Positions 1-8,600 are shown, counted from the first letter of the stretch. The stretch is DNA of 64,000 nucleotides from Nannocystis bainbridge (GCF_028368995.1 NZ_JAQNDL010000002.1:417724-481723); one strand, 5' to 3'. Notes: generated from the sequence alone by a model not told the origin. Made by a program: numbers and translations.

Positions 1-714
1 GACAGCGGGACGTTCGTGATCCAGTTCGACATGGGCGAGGACGAGTGCGATCCGTGGGAGCGGATCTGTCCCGAGGGACAGAAATGCATGCCGTTCGCGG
101 ACGACGGCGGGTCGGCCTGGAATCGCTGGGGTTGTTTTCCGCTCGTGCCCGACCCGGCCGGCCTCGACGAGCCGTGCACGGTCATCGACAGCGCAGTGAG
201 CGGGAAGGACACCTGCGACGACGGGCTGCAGTGCTGGGACGTCGACGAGGACACCGGGATGGGCACGTGCCTGGCGATGTGCACGGGCACGCCGAACGAG
301 CCGATGTGCCCGATCCCGAACACGGACTGCACGGTCACGGCGGGCGACACCCTGGTCCTGTGCCTGCCGAGCTGCGATCCGCTGGCCCAGGACTGTCCGG
401 ACGGCGATCTCTGCCTCCCCAATCCACAAAACCCGGACAGGTTCCTCTGCGTCCTCGACGCGAGCGGCGAGGAAGGTCAGGTCTTCGACGCCTGCGAGTT
501 CCAGAACGCCTGCGACCCGGGCCTGGTGTGCGCACCGGTCGAGCTGGCGACGGAGTGCGACCCGCAGGCGCCCGGCTGTTGTTTGCCGTTCTGCGACGTC
601 TCGACGGCGAACACCTGCCCGGGGCAGGGGCAGGAGTGTCTGGCGTGGTCCGAGATGGGACAGGCGCCGCCAGGGCTCGAGAACGTCGGGTTCTGCGGCA
701 TTCCGTCGCCGTAG
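1..714 (+). CDS. Cys-rich, acidic secreted repeat protein (5' end lies outside window)
   Basis: Open frame runs from base 1 with no stop. Translation is Cys/Asp/Pro/Gly-rich with repeated C-x(n)-C-x-DG / C-P-x-G spacing, typical of myxobacterial Cys-rich repeat proteins. Composition is unlike the Arg/Ala-rich GC-frame artefacts. Confidence 0.6.
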   Translation, partial: DSGTFVIQFDMGEDECDPWERICPEGQKCMPFADDGGSAWNRWGCFPLVPDPAGLDEPCTVIDSAVSGKDTCDDGLQCWDVDEDTGMGTCLAMCTGTPNEPMCPIPNTDCTVTAGDTLVLCLPSCDPLAQDCPDGDLCLPNPQNPDRFLCVLDASGEEGQVFDACEFQNACDPGLVCAPVELATECDPQAPGCCLPFCDVSTANTCPGQGQECLAWSEMGQAPPGLENVGFCGIPSP

Positions 715-960
715 GGCTCACGTCGATGCGAAGGGCGCCGGCCGCCGCGGGCCTTCGGGACATGTCCGAAGAGTCAGGCGTGAGCGAACGCTGACGCCTG
801 GCTCACGTCGCTGCGAAGGCCCGCGCTGGATCGGGCCTTCGGGACATGTCTGTAGAGGCAGGCGGTAAGGCGGGCGCGAGGCTCATGACACTGCGAAGGC
901 CGGCATATGAGCGGGCCTTCGGGACATGTCCGAAGAGATAGGCGGGAGCGCGCGGGCGGG
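714..960. repeat. Three tandem copies of an ~82-bp unit (GGCTCAyGwCGmTGCGAAGG...CGGGCCTTCGGGACATGTCyGwAGAG...AGGCGG), each carrying the palindromic core CTTCGGGACATGTCCGAAG
   Basis: Direct reading: unit starts near 714, 800 and 880. Lies in the convergent intergenic gap between the Cys-rich protein gene and sodC. Confidence 0.8.
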
Positions 961-992
961 CGCCGGTGATGCACCGACGACCGCGTGCGGGC

Positions 993-1571
993 TCACGCGC
1001 CCGGGGGGTTGGGGTTCTTGACCGGGGTGGTGTCGCCCGAGGTCGAGGTGATGATGCCGCAGGCGAGGCGGCCGCCGGCGTTGCCGGTGGGCTGGCCGAA
1101 ATCGTCGACCTTCTCGTGGACGATGATCGCGCGGCCGAGGACGTTGTAGGTGCCGCTGGCGATCGAGAAGTGGGCCGGGTCCATGGTCAGCGTCAGCTTG
1201 GCGTGGCCGTCGGCGCCGGCGTCGAGGTTGCCGAAGTCGCCCGGGTGGTGGGCGCCGGACCCGGGCGCGCCGTGGTCGACCTTGTCAGGGTTGAAGTGAC
1301 CGCCGGCCGACTCGCCGTCGGGCGAGGTGCAGTCGCCGAACTCGTGGACGTGCATGCCGTGCTTGCCAGGCGAGAGGCCAGTAATGTCGGCCTCGACCTT
1401 GATCTTGCCGTCGGCGAGCTGGGTGAAGTTGACGGTGCCGTTCACGCCGCTGCTCATCAGCGCGGTCAGGGTGGCCGTGGCGTCGGGCGAGGGCTCCTCG
1501 TCCGTCGTGCAGCCGGGCGCCCCCAGGAGCAGCAGCGGGAGCGTGGCGAGGGTGAATGCGGTCCGGGTCAT
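993..1571 (-). CDS. sodC: Periplasmic Cu/Zn superoxide dismutase with lipoprotein-type signal peptide
   Basis: Translation contains the hallmark SodC motifs HGMHVHEFGDCT, GGHFNP, PGDFGN and GNAGGRLACGII. N-terminus MTRTAFTLATLPLLLLGAPGC is a signal peptide with a lipobox-like Cys. Start chosen at the internal Met before the signal peptide. Confidence 0.9.
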   Translation of the reverse strand: MTRTAFTLATLPLLLLGAPGCTTDEEPSPDATATLTALMSSGVNGTVNFTQLADGKIKVEADITGLSPGKHGMHVHEFGDCTSPDGESAGGHFNPDKVDHGAPGSGAHHPGDFGNLDAGADGHAKLTLTMDPAHFSIASGTYNVLGRAIIVHEKVDDFGQPTGNAGGRLACGIITSTSGDTTPVKNPNPPGA

Positions 1572-1682
1572 GGCCGGGAGCGTGATCGAGGTCCGCGTCC
1601 GGTGCAAACGCGCACGTCGCACGCCGCTGGGGGGCCGCTGGGGGCGGTGGGACGAGGAATTGGAAGTCGCTGCCGGAGGACG

Positions 1683-2177
1683 TCAGGGCGCGCAGGTGCC
1701 GGTGCGCCGGTACTGCCAGGTGTGGCCGATCCGCTGGCCGACGTCGCCGTCAGGGTTGGAGACGCTGGCGGTGAGGCGATCACCGGCGAGGCGGTAGACG
1801 ATCCGGCGCGGGAAGTCGTGATCGGGGTTGACCCAAGTCCACACCCGCTCGCCCGGCGCGGCGACGACCGCGGGATCGCGGCGCTCGAGGAAGATGGTCG
1901 GCTCCTGGCCGGAGGGCTCGGCGTGATACTCGGTGAGGCCGCTGCGGAGGACGGTGAGGGTCATGAGCTCGAGCTCGACGAGCTTGCCGCCCGGCTGGGT
2001 GGTGGTGCTGCGACCACGAAGGCCGCCTCGCATCGGCCGCCAGCTCTCGGTGACGATGTGACGGCCCTGGTGGCGCCAGGTCCCGCACAGCGGCGCCAGC
2101 GCGTCGGCGACGGGGGCGTGCCCGCAGCCGAGTCCGGCCACCAGGACGAGAGCGAGGATCGGCGGACCGGCGCGCAT
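1683..2177 (-). CDS. Hypothetical lipoprotein
   Basis: ORF with MRAGPPILALVLVAGLGCG signal/lipobox at chosen start. Non-artefact composition. No recognisable family. Confidence 0.45.
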   Translation of the reverse strand: MRAGPPILALVLVAGLGCGHAPVADALAPLCGTWRHQGRHIVTESWRPMRGGLRGRSTTTQPGGKLVELELMTLTVLRSGLTEYHAEPSGQEPTIFLERRDPAVVAAPGERVWTWVNPDHDFPRRIVYRLAGDRLTASVSNPDGDVGQRIGHTWQYRRTGTCAP

Positions 2178-2313
2178 GAGGGGACGATAGCCGGACATGC
2201 AGGGTTCCGTCTCGCACCACCGGCGAGCGGCGTCGAGGCGGCTCACGGCGGGTCCACGGCGAAACAGGCCAGGTTGTGCGACCCTTCGGATCGTGGCGCG
2301 CGCGCTGGCTCGC

Positions 2314-3657
2314 ATGACTCTCGGGACATGTCTCTCGGCGCTGGTGGCGTGCAACGAGACGTCGGCGCCGGGCTACACGCTGGCGGGCGAGACGGAGGTC
2401 GAGGGCAGCAGCAGCGAGGGCACCGGCGAGCCGGGCGGGACGCAGCTGCCGGTGACGTTCTCGACGGGCTCGGGGGCGGCGTGCGGCGACGGGGTGCTCG
2501 ATGCCGGCGAGGCGTGCGACGACGGCAACCTCGAGGCCGACGACGGCTGCGACGCGAGCTGTTCGCCGATCGCGGCGGTGGAGTGGACGTACACGCACAA
2601 CGGCGGGGCCGGCCAGGACGACGTCGCCAGCGGGGTGGCGATCGACGGGACCGGCCGGGTGTTCGTGGTCGGGGCGGAGGTGGTGCAGTCGCGCGACGCG
2701 TGGATCGTGGCGCTGGCGCCGGAAGGCCACGAGCTGTGGCGCAAGACGATCGACGCGGCGGGCTTCGACGATGCGTTCGCCGAGGTGGTGGTCGACGCGG
2801 CGGGGCAGGTGTTCGCGGCCGGCCACGAGGAGCTGAGCCCGGGGCTGCGATCGCCGATGATCCGGGCGTTCACGGGCGAGGGGGCGGACCTGTGGAAGTT
2901 CAGCGAGCCGGCGGCAGGGGCCGGGGCGAGCGGGGTCGCGGGGCTGGCGGTGGCCGACGGGGCGATCTATTCGACGGGGTCGGAGGCGGGGTACCCGGTG
3001 CGGTTGGCGATCCGTCGCCACGATCCGGGGAGCGGAGCGGCGACGTGGAAGACGCTGGCGGCGGCAGGGACGGGCGACGCATACGCGGGCGGGATCGCGG
3101 CGGCGGGGGTGGAGATGTTGGCAGCGGGGGCGGCGGAGCTCGACGGGGTGCTGCACCCGCTGCTGGTCCGCGTGGGGCACGACGGGACGCTGATGGCGTC
3201 GACGGTCGAGGCGGAGCACGCAGGGGCGTGGACGGACGCGGTGGCGATCGGCAGCGAGGGCGAGGTGGTGGTGACGGGGCGGCTCGAGGCCCGGCCGGGC
3301 GCAGGCTTCGACGTGGCGGTGCGCCGAATCGCGGCGGGTGAGCTGGTGCGCTGGACGCAGTCGATCGATCAGGTGGCAGGCTTCGATACGGGCCGCGGGG
3401 TGGCGGTGGGCGCAGGCGAGGAGGTGTTCGTGGCCGGGGCGGTGACGAGCGCGAGCGGAGACCTCGAGATCTTCGGAGCGCGCCTGTCGGGGCTCGGCGA
3501 GACGCGCTGGACGCATGTGAACGCGAACCGCGGAGTCGGGCTGGACGACCACGGCTCGGCGGCGGCGTTCGGGCCGGGCTTCGTGGTGCTGGCGGGCGAC
3601 GAGCAGGTGCCGGGCGAGGGGGCGAACGTGTGGGTGCGTCGCTTCCGCGCGGAGTGA
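2314..3657 (+). CDS. Lipoprotein with Myxococcus-type Cys-rich repeat followed by beta-propeller (SBBP/delta-60-like) repeats
   Basis: Signal MTLGTCLSALVAC (lipobox). Motif CGDGVLDAGEACDDGNLEADDGCDASC (C-x2-C-DDGN...DGC-x3-C). Then repeated G-x-(V/I)-(F/Y)-V-x-G / W-x-x-x-x-D blades. Paralogous to 8868..10100, 45717..47387 and 59185..60720. Confidence 0.75.
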   Translation: MTLGTCLSALVACNETSAPGYTLAGETEVEGSSSEGTGEPGGTQLPVTFSTGSGAACGDGVLDAGEACDDGNLEADDGCDASCSPIAAVEWTYTHNGGAGQDDVASGVAIDGTGRVFVVGAEVVQSRDAWIVALAPEGHELWRKTIDAAGFDDAFAEVVVDAAGQVFAAGHEELSPGLRSPMIRAFTGEGADLWKFSEPAAGAGASGVAGLAVADGAIYSTGSEAGYPVRLAIRRHDPGSGAATWKTLAAAGTGDAYAGGIAAAGVEMLAAGAAELDGVLHPLLVRVGHDGTLMASTVEAEHAGAWTDAVAIGSEGEVVVTGRLEARPGAGFDVAVRRIAAGELVRWTQSIDQVAGFDTGRGVAVGAGEEVFVAGAVTSASGDLEIFGARLSGLGETRWTHVNANRGVGLDDHGSAAAFGPGFVVLAGDEQVPGEGANVWVRRFRAE

Positions 3658-3834
3658 GACGAGGTCGCGGAGCGGCGCGGCATATGGGCCGAGGGCGGTC
3701 CGATCGCGCAGGACGAGGCGCGCGGGCGCGTGGCGGCCGGGGCCCTGGGCATGGCTTCGGCTCACCGGGATCGGTGCAGGACGAGCCGCAATTGATCGGA
3801 GGAGGCGAGGCACTGTCCGCGAGAGAGGCTCGCC

Positions 3835-4872
3835 ATGTCGTCGTCCGTCTGTCTTTCTTCGTTGCTCGCGCCGACCTGCGATCCGCCGCCCGATGCGGCG
3901 ATGATCGCCGAGACCTGCGCGATGGCGGATCCAGCGCAGCGCAACCTGTGGATCACGTACGTGTATCACCGGCTCGAGGTGGCGCTGGCGGGGCACCTCG
4001 GCGGCGAGGACGTCAGCTGGTGCGCGTACGGGACGTGGGCTTCGAAGAGCGCGGGGCGGTTCATCCGCGGCGAGGCGGTGGCCGAGGCGCTGCGGCTGGC
4101 GCGGCTGGGTGGGGCGGTGAGCCGGGTCGACGCGGAGGTGCGTGAGCGCATCGGTCGCGGCAACTTGCTGGTGTTCGCCGAGCTGGCGCCGCTGTTCCGC
4201 GCGCTGGTCGAGGTGCTGGCGCGGCCGGTCGGGCAGCGGCGCGCGGCGGCGGCGGTGGCGTTCGCGGGGCTGACGGAGGGGGCGACGCGCGAGGGCGGGC
4301 AGACGCTGCTGCGGCGGGCGTTCGCGGCCTATGTGACGGCGGCGGAGACGGGCGAGGCGAAGGCGCGGGCGGAGCAGATCCTGCTGGCGAACACGCTGGT
4401 GGGTTATCACGAGCAGATCCGGTTGCAGCCGGCGATCGCGGGGGCGCTGTCGGCCCCGCTGGCGCTGCTGGTGACGGCCGACGCGGCGCCGCTGCGACGG
4501 GCGCTGGGCGAGCGCCTCGGCGAGGTGGCGCGGTCGCTGCTGACGCGGTGGATGATGACGATCGAGCTGCCGGAGGGGGCGCTGGCGCTGGGGCGCGATG
4601 TGCCGGCGACCCGCGACGGGCGGATGTTCCCGGCCGCGCTGACGCAGATCACGGACCCGGAGCTGCGCGCGGTGCTGGAGGAGGTCGACCGCACGCCCGA
4701 TACGACGCAGGGCAGCGCGGCGGCCGACTGGGCGGCGCTGGCGGACCGCATGAACTTCATCGTCGATCTGTTCCGCTCGCGCCAGCGCGATTCGTCGCTG
4801 CGCCGGTCGCCGTTCCGCGCCGATCAGGTGGCGGCGATGCAGCTGGGGCTGCGGCCGCTCGGGCCGCTGTAG
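3835..4872 (+). CDS. Hypothetical protein
   Basis: 345-aa ORF with balanced, helix-rich composition. No family recognised. Confidence 0.5.
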   Translation: MSSSVCLSSLLAPTCDPPPDAAMIAETCAMADPAQRNLWITYVYHRLEVALAGHLGGEDVSWCAYGTWASKSAGRFIRGEAVAEALRLARLGGAVSRVDAEVRERIGRGNLLVFAELAPLFRALVEVLARPVGQRRAAAAVAFAGLTEGATREGGQTLLRRAFAAYVTAAETGEAKARAEQILLANTLVGYHEQIRLQPAIAGALSAPLALLVTADAAPLRRALGERLGEVARSLLTRWMMTIELPEGALALGRDVPATRDGRMFPAALTQITDPELRAVLEEVDRTPDTTQGSAAADWAALADRMNFIVDLFRSRQRDSSLRRSPFRADQVAAMQLGLRPLGPL

Positions 4873-4925
4873 GAAACTTCAGGCGGCGAACGCAGGCCCC
4901 GGGTCAGGAGCGGCGTGTGGTCTTT

Positions 4926-5010
4926 AGGACATGCTCGAGAGGACATGCTCATGTGGGCATGTCGAATCGGGCATGTTTGATGAGGCATGTCCGAATGGAC
5001 ATGCCGGGGT
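4926..5010. repeat. Six tandem ~14-bp units, each with the core R-GG-R-CATG-Y (aGGACATGCTCgag aGGACATGCTCatg tGGGCATGTCGaat cGGGCATGTTTgat gAGGCATGTCCgaa tGGACATGCCgggg)
   Basis: Direct reading. Lies in the convergent intergenic region between 3835..4872(+) and 5010..5402(-). Same half-site family as the 714..960 repeats. Confidence 0.8.
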
Positions 5011-5402
5011 CACGGCCGGACCCATCGCAGGACGGCGTCGGCGGCGGAGTCCGGGGAGGTGCTGAAGCACAGGCTGGCGCCCGGGGCGACGGCCTGGACG
5101 AGGTTGACGATCCGCTCGAACAGCAGCAGGTGGGCGGGCTGGGTGCGGATGCCGGCGCCGATCATGACGGCGGCAGGCGGACGCGCAGTGAGGCGGGCGC
5201 GCAGGACGGGCTCGGCCTCGGGCCAGCGGTCGGTGATCAGGCACCACTCGGCGTCGAAGCCGGCCGCGGTGGTGGCGTCGAGCGAGGCCTGGAGGCCGGC
5301 GGCGAGCTTGGGAGCGTCGAGGCCGGGGAACTGGCTGAAGTCGACGACGGCGGGGTCGAGGCCGACGAGCAGGACGAATTTCTTGGCGGAGGCGGTGGTC
5401 AT
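5010..5402 (-). CDS. Hypothetical small protein
   Basis: 130-aa ORF, MTTASAKKFVLLVGLDPAVVDF..., non-artefact composition. Confidence 0.5.
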   Translation of the reverse strand: MTTASAKKFVLLVGLDPAVVDFSQFPGLDAPKLAAGLQASLDATTAAGFDAEWCLITDRWPEAEPVLRARLTARPPAAVMIGAGIRTQPAHLLLFERIVNLVQAVAPGASLCFSTSPDSAADAVLRWVRP

Positions 5403-5489
5403 GGCGATGGGCTGCCGGGGAGCGCGGGGTGGAGCGCCGAGGTTAGCCGCGCCGCCTTTTCGGCGGACGGCGCGGTTTGACGGCGCGGA

Positions 5490-7892
5490 TCAGCGCCAGA
5501 AGTCCTTGCGCTTGCCGGGCGGGGGCGGCGGGCTGCGCTTGTCCTCGACGAGCTTGCGCAGGGCGGCCACGGCTTCCTTCAGGAGCGCCAGCAGGTCGTC
5601 GGCGCCGAGGGACCCGCGCAAGCGATCGACGAGCGGCGCGAGGGCGGTGGCGAGGGCGTCGAGGCCGACGGTGCGCAGGTCCTCGAGCAGCTCGATCAGG
5701 CGCGCGATCGGCAGCTGCGCGGCCGCCGTGTCGACGGCGCGCTCGAGGTCGCGGACGATGGCGCCCAGGCGCGCGAGGTATGGGATCGCAGAGACGGTCG
5801 CGCCCTCGGGCGACTCCTGCCTGGGCGGAGGGGGCGAAGGGCTGCGTGGAGGCGAGGCGGGCGCGGGGGCGCGGGCGCCCGGAGGGGGCGGGGCCGAGAG
5901 CGTGGCGGAACGGGGAGGGGCGGCGGATCGCTTGCTGCTCATGGAGATCGCACCGACGAGCTTGGGCTCGCCGCGCCTGGCGTGTTCCATCGGCATGGCG
6001 TCGAACCGCGGCTGGGACCATCCGGCCGGGCGCTCGACGGGCTGGGTGACCGTGCGCGGGTTGCCGCCGGGGTTGACGACTTCGCGGTCGACGGCGACGA
6101 AGGCGGTGAAGCGCGAGAGCACCTGGTGACGCCGCGAGACGGCGACGATGGCTTGCTCGAGCCGCGACGGATCGGCGGTGCGGGCGGCGTACTGATCCTC
6201 GAGATCGCGGATGTGCGCGCGGGCCCACGACTGCGCCAGCGCGGCGGCCGGCGGGGCAGGGTCGAGGCGGACGCGCTGGTGGTACTCGGTGCCGGCGGGC
6301 AAGCGGCCGCGCAGCTCGAGGGTGGCGCCGGGGCGCGGCTGGCCGTGCCAGCGGGCGTGGACGACCAGCGGGGCGCCGGCGAACACGGCGGGCAGGCGGT
6401 GCGGGGCCTGGGTGGCGAGGTCGAGGCCGTCGCCAGCGACGCTGACTTCGACGAGGACAGGGGTGGCGATCCGGCGGTGGATCTTGGCCATGACCTCGTC
6501 GAGGCGCTCCTCGCTCTCGACGAGCTCGCAGGCGCCGCCGCCGAGAGCCGCGAGGCGGCGCAGGAAGCCGGCGTTGACGGCCTTGTCGATGCCGAGGGTG
6601 AAGACGCGGATGTCGCCGAGGCGCGGGCCGTGGTCGCGCAGGATCTCGTCCTCGTTGCCGACCTGGCCGTCGGTGACGAGCACGAGCACGCGGTCGCGGT
6701 CGTCGTCGCCGGCGAGCATGCGGGTGGCGAGCGCGAGCGGCCTGGTGAGATCGGTGCCGCCGCGCTCTTGGAGGCCGGCGAGGTACTCGACGGCGCGGAA
6801 GCGGTTGCGGTCGCTGGCGGTCGCGAGCTGGGCGCCGAGGCTCGGCGGCGACTCGACGGTGTTGTCGAAGGCGAGCACGGCGAAGCGGTCGCGGGCGCCG
6901 AGAGTGTCGATGATGCGCGCGGCAGCCCGGCGCGCGGCGACCATCTTCCACCCGCCCATCGAGCCGGAGCGATCGAGGACGAGCACGACGTCGCGCGGGC
7001 GACCCTGGGCGGCGGCGCCGACGGGCGGGACGATGGTGAGGACGGCGGTGGCGCCCTCGCCGTCGGCGTCGGGGGCCCACACTGCGGCGCTGTGCAGGGC
7101 TGCATCGCCGAGGGTCCAGCGGAGGATGAAGTCGCGGTCGAGGCGCTCGCCGGGCCGCAGCTCGAGGCGCCAGCCGCCGGCCTCGGGCGCGGCGAAGACC
7201 TCGTGAAGGCTGGCGCGCAGGTTCGAGACGGGCAGACCGGCGCCGTCGACAGTGACGGCGAGCGCGAGTCGGACGGGGCTGGCGAACCCGGGCAGCAGGA
7301 CGGGCGGGGAGATCCGCGAGGCGTCGGGGACACGATCGGTGTCGGCAGCGAGGCCGGTGCCGGCCTGCTCGCCGCCGAGCGGGGCGCCGGGGATGTAGCG
7401 CGGGGCGACCACCAGCGGGAAGGCCCAGGTGACCTCGCCGTCCTCGATCGGCAGCGGACCGACGGTGCGCAGGGTGATGACGGCGTGGTCGCCGGGCACG
7501 AGGTTGCCGACGCGCAGGGTGAAGACGCCCGGTCGATCTTCCTCGGCGATCGCGGCGCGCTGGCCGGCGGCGATGGCCTGCTCGTAGACCTCGCGGGCCC
7601 GGCCGCGCTCGTCGATCACGCCGTCGACGATCCGCCCCTGGACCTGCATGCGAAAGGCGTAAACGGCGGCGCGATCGGGCAACGGAAAGATGTACGTGGC
7701 CTCGATCGCCGCGCCGGTGTTGTTGACGAAGGTCTGCTGGATCTCGGTGGCGACCTGCAGGCCGCTGATCCGCGCATTGACGGACAGGGCGGCGAGCGGG
7801 AGGCGACCCTGGGAGGTCTCGAGGCGACCGAAGGCGGGCTCGTCGAGTGGCTGGGTGAGCGTGGGGTCGATGGTGAGCGCCGTGGGGATCAT
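5490..7892 (-). CDS. VIT (vault/inter-alpha-trypsin) domain + von Willebrand factor type A domain protein with Pro-rich and helical C-terminal tail
   Basis: N-terminal VIT-like region (IFPLPDRAAVYAFRMQVQGRIVDGVIDERGRAREVYEQAIAAGQRAA...VFTLRVGNLVPG). vWA MIDAS motif VVLVLDRSGSMGG...TDLTRPL...LVTDGQVGNE. The C-terminal 150 aa are Pro/Ala-rich followed by an amphipathic helix. Confidence 0.85.
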   Translation of the reverse strand: MIPTALTIDPTLTQPLDEPAFGRLETSQGRLPLAALSVNARISGLQVATEIQQTFVNNTGAAIEATYIFPLPDRAAVYAFRMQVQGRIVDGVIDERGRAREVYEQAIAAGQRAAIAEEDRPGVFTLRVGNLVPGDHAVITLRTVGPLPIEDGEVTWAFPLVVAPRYIPGAPLGGEQAGTGLAADTDRVPDASRISPPVLLPGFASPVRLALAVTVDGAGLPVSNLRASLHEVFAAPEAGGWRLELRPGERLDRDFILRWTLGDAALHSAAVWAPDADGEGATAVLTIVPPVGAAAQGRPRDVVLVLDRSGSMGGWKMVAARRAAARIIDTLGARDRFAVLAFDNTVESPPSLGAQLATASDRNRFRAVEYLAGLQERGGTDLTRPLALATRMLAGDDDRDRVLVLVTDGQVGNEDEILRDHGPRLGDIRVFTLGIDKAVNAGFLRRLAALGGGACELVESEERLDEVMAKIHRRIATPVLVEVSVAGDGLDLATQAPHRLPAVFAGAPLVVHARWHGQPRPGATLELRGRLPAGTEYHQRVRLDPAPPAAALAQSWARAHIRDLEDQYAARTADPSRLEQAIVAVSRRHQVLSRFTAFVAVDREVVNPGGNPRTVTQPVERPAGWSQPRFDAMPMEHARRGEPKLVGAISMSSKRSAAPPRSATLSAPPPPGARAPAPASPPRSPSPPPPRQESPEGATVSAIPYLARLGAIVRDLERAVDTAAAQLPIARLIELLEDLRTVGLDALATALAPLVDRLRGSLGADDLLALLKEAVAALRKLVEDKRSPPPPPGKRKDFWR

Positions 7893-8494
7893 CGGGAGTC
7901 CTCGGGAGGTTCGGGGTCGTCGGAGCAGTCGGGTTCGGAGCGGGTGAGGAGGCGGCGGCGGGCGAGCTCGGCGAGCAGCGGGGCGGCTGCGGCGAGCAGG
8001 GCCGCGGCGTCGGCGTCGGTGGCGTCGCGCGCGGCGGAGAAGCCGAGGCGGACGCCAGGAGCGAGCTCGAGCTCGAGGGTGGGCGTGAGCGCGGGGGCGG
8101 CGGGAAGCGGCGGCGCTTCGGGCTCGAGCGTGGTGACGGGGGCACGCCAGAAGTCGCGGCGACCGGCGGAGCGCGGGGCGGGACGCAGCTCGACCTGCGA
8201 GAGCTGCGTGAGCGCAGAGTCGTCGAGGGTCGGGAGGAGGCGCTGGATCTCGGCGAGCGGCTTGCCCTCGGCTTGCAGGCGCTTGATGGCGATCAACTGG
8301 GCGAGGTGCCGCGGGCCATAGAGGGCGGTGCGGCCCTGCAGCGCGGGGCGATCGAGGAGGCCGAGTGTCGTGTAGTAACGGATGCTGCGCTCGTCAGGGA
8401 CAGCGCGCACCTGGCCGTTGGCGGGGGCCTCCTCGCTCGCCAGGCGCTGCTCGGCCTGGCGGCTGAGCTCGCGGATCGTCCAGGTGACGGTCAC
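7889..8494 (-). CDS. MerR-family HTH transcriptional regulator
   Basis: N-terminal WTIRELSRQAE...RSIRYYTTLGLLDRP...LYGPRHLAQLIAIKRLQAEGKPLAEI matches the MerR HTH plus dimerisation helix. Its stop overlaps the ATG of the VIT-vWA gene by 4 nt (ATGA), implying translational coupling. GTG start. Confidence 0.75.
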   Translation of the reverse strand: MTVTWTIRELSRQAEQRLASEEAPANGQVRAVPDERSIRYYTTLGLLDRPALQGRTALYGPRHLAQLIAIKRLQAEGKPLAEIQRLLPTLDDSALTQLSQVELRPAPRSAGRRDFWRAPVTTLEPEAPPLPAAPALTPTLELELAPGVRLGFSAARDATDADAAALLAAAAPLLAELARRRLLTRSEPDCSDDPEPPEDSR

Positions 8495-8600
8495 GGGGAG
8501 GATGGTGACAGTGTTATATGACAGTGTCGAGATTGAATTTTTAAATCATTGGAAATATGAGGGAAAATCGGACGCGCCGAGCGACTCGGGAGCGACATCG
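8495..8600. promoter_or_regulatory. AT-rich promoter-like region upstream of the merR/VIT-vWA operon, with direct repeat TGACAGTGT-TATA-TGACAGTGTC
   Basis: Local GC falls to ~40% (gtgacagtgttatatgacagtgtcgagattgaatttttaaatcattggaaatatgag). Perfect 9-bp direct repeat separated by TATA, immediately 5' of the merR start. Confidence 0.4.

Noticed and set aside
966-3341. 791-aa plus-strand ORF, together with many similar long ORFs: 1780..4410(-), 5443..8145(-), 5982..8321(+), 5939..7333(-), 28135..29178(-), 28650..30104(+), 37100..38356(-), 37660..39636(+), 37791..39014(+), 40279..42309(+), 55582..57159(-), 55704..57278(+), 57140..58903(+), 57714..58898(-), 63105..63719(-)
   Set aside because: Extreme Arg/Gly/Ala/Pro composition and no motifs. 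They overlap well-supported genes on the opposite strand or in another frame. These are typical stop-codon-poor frames of ~70% GC DNA.
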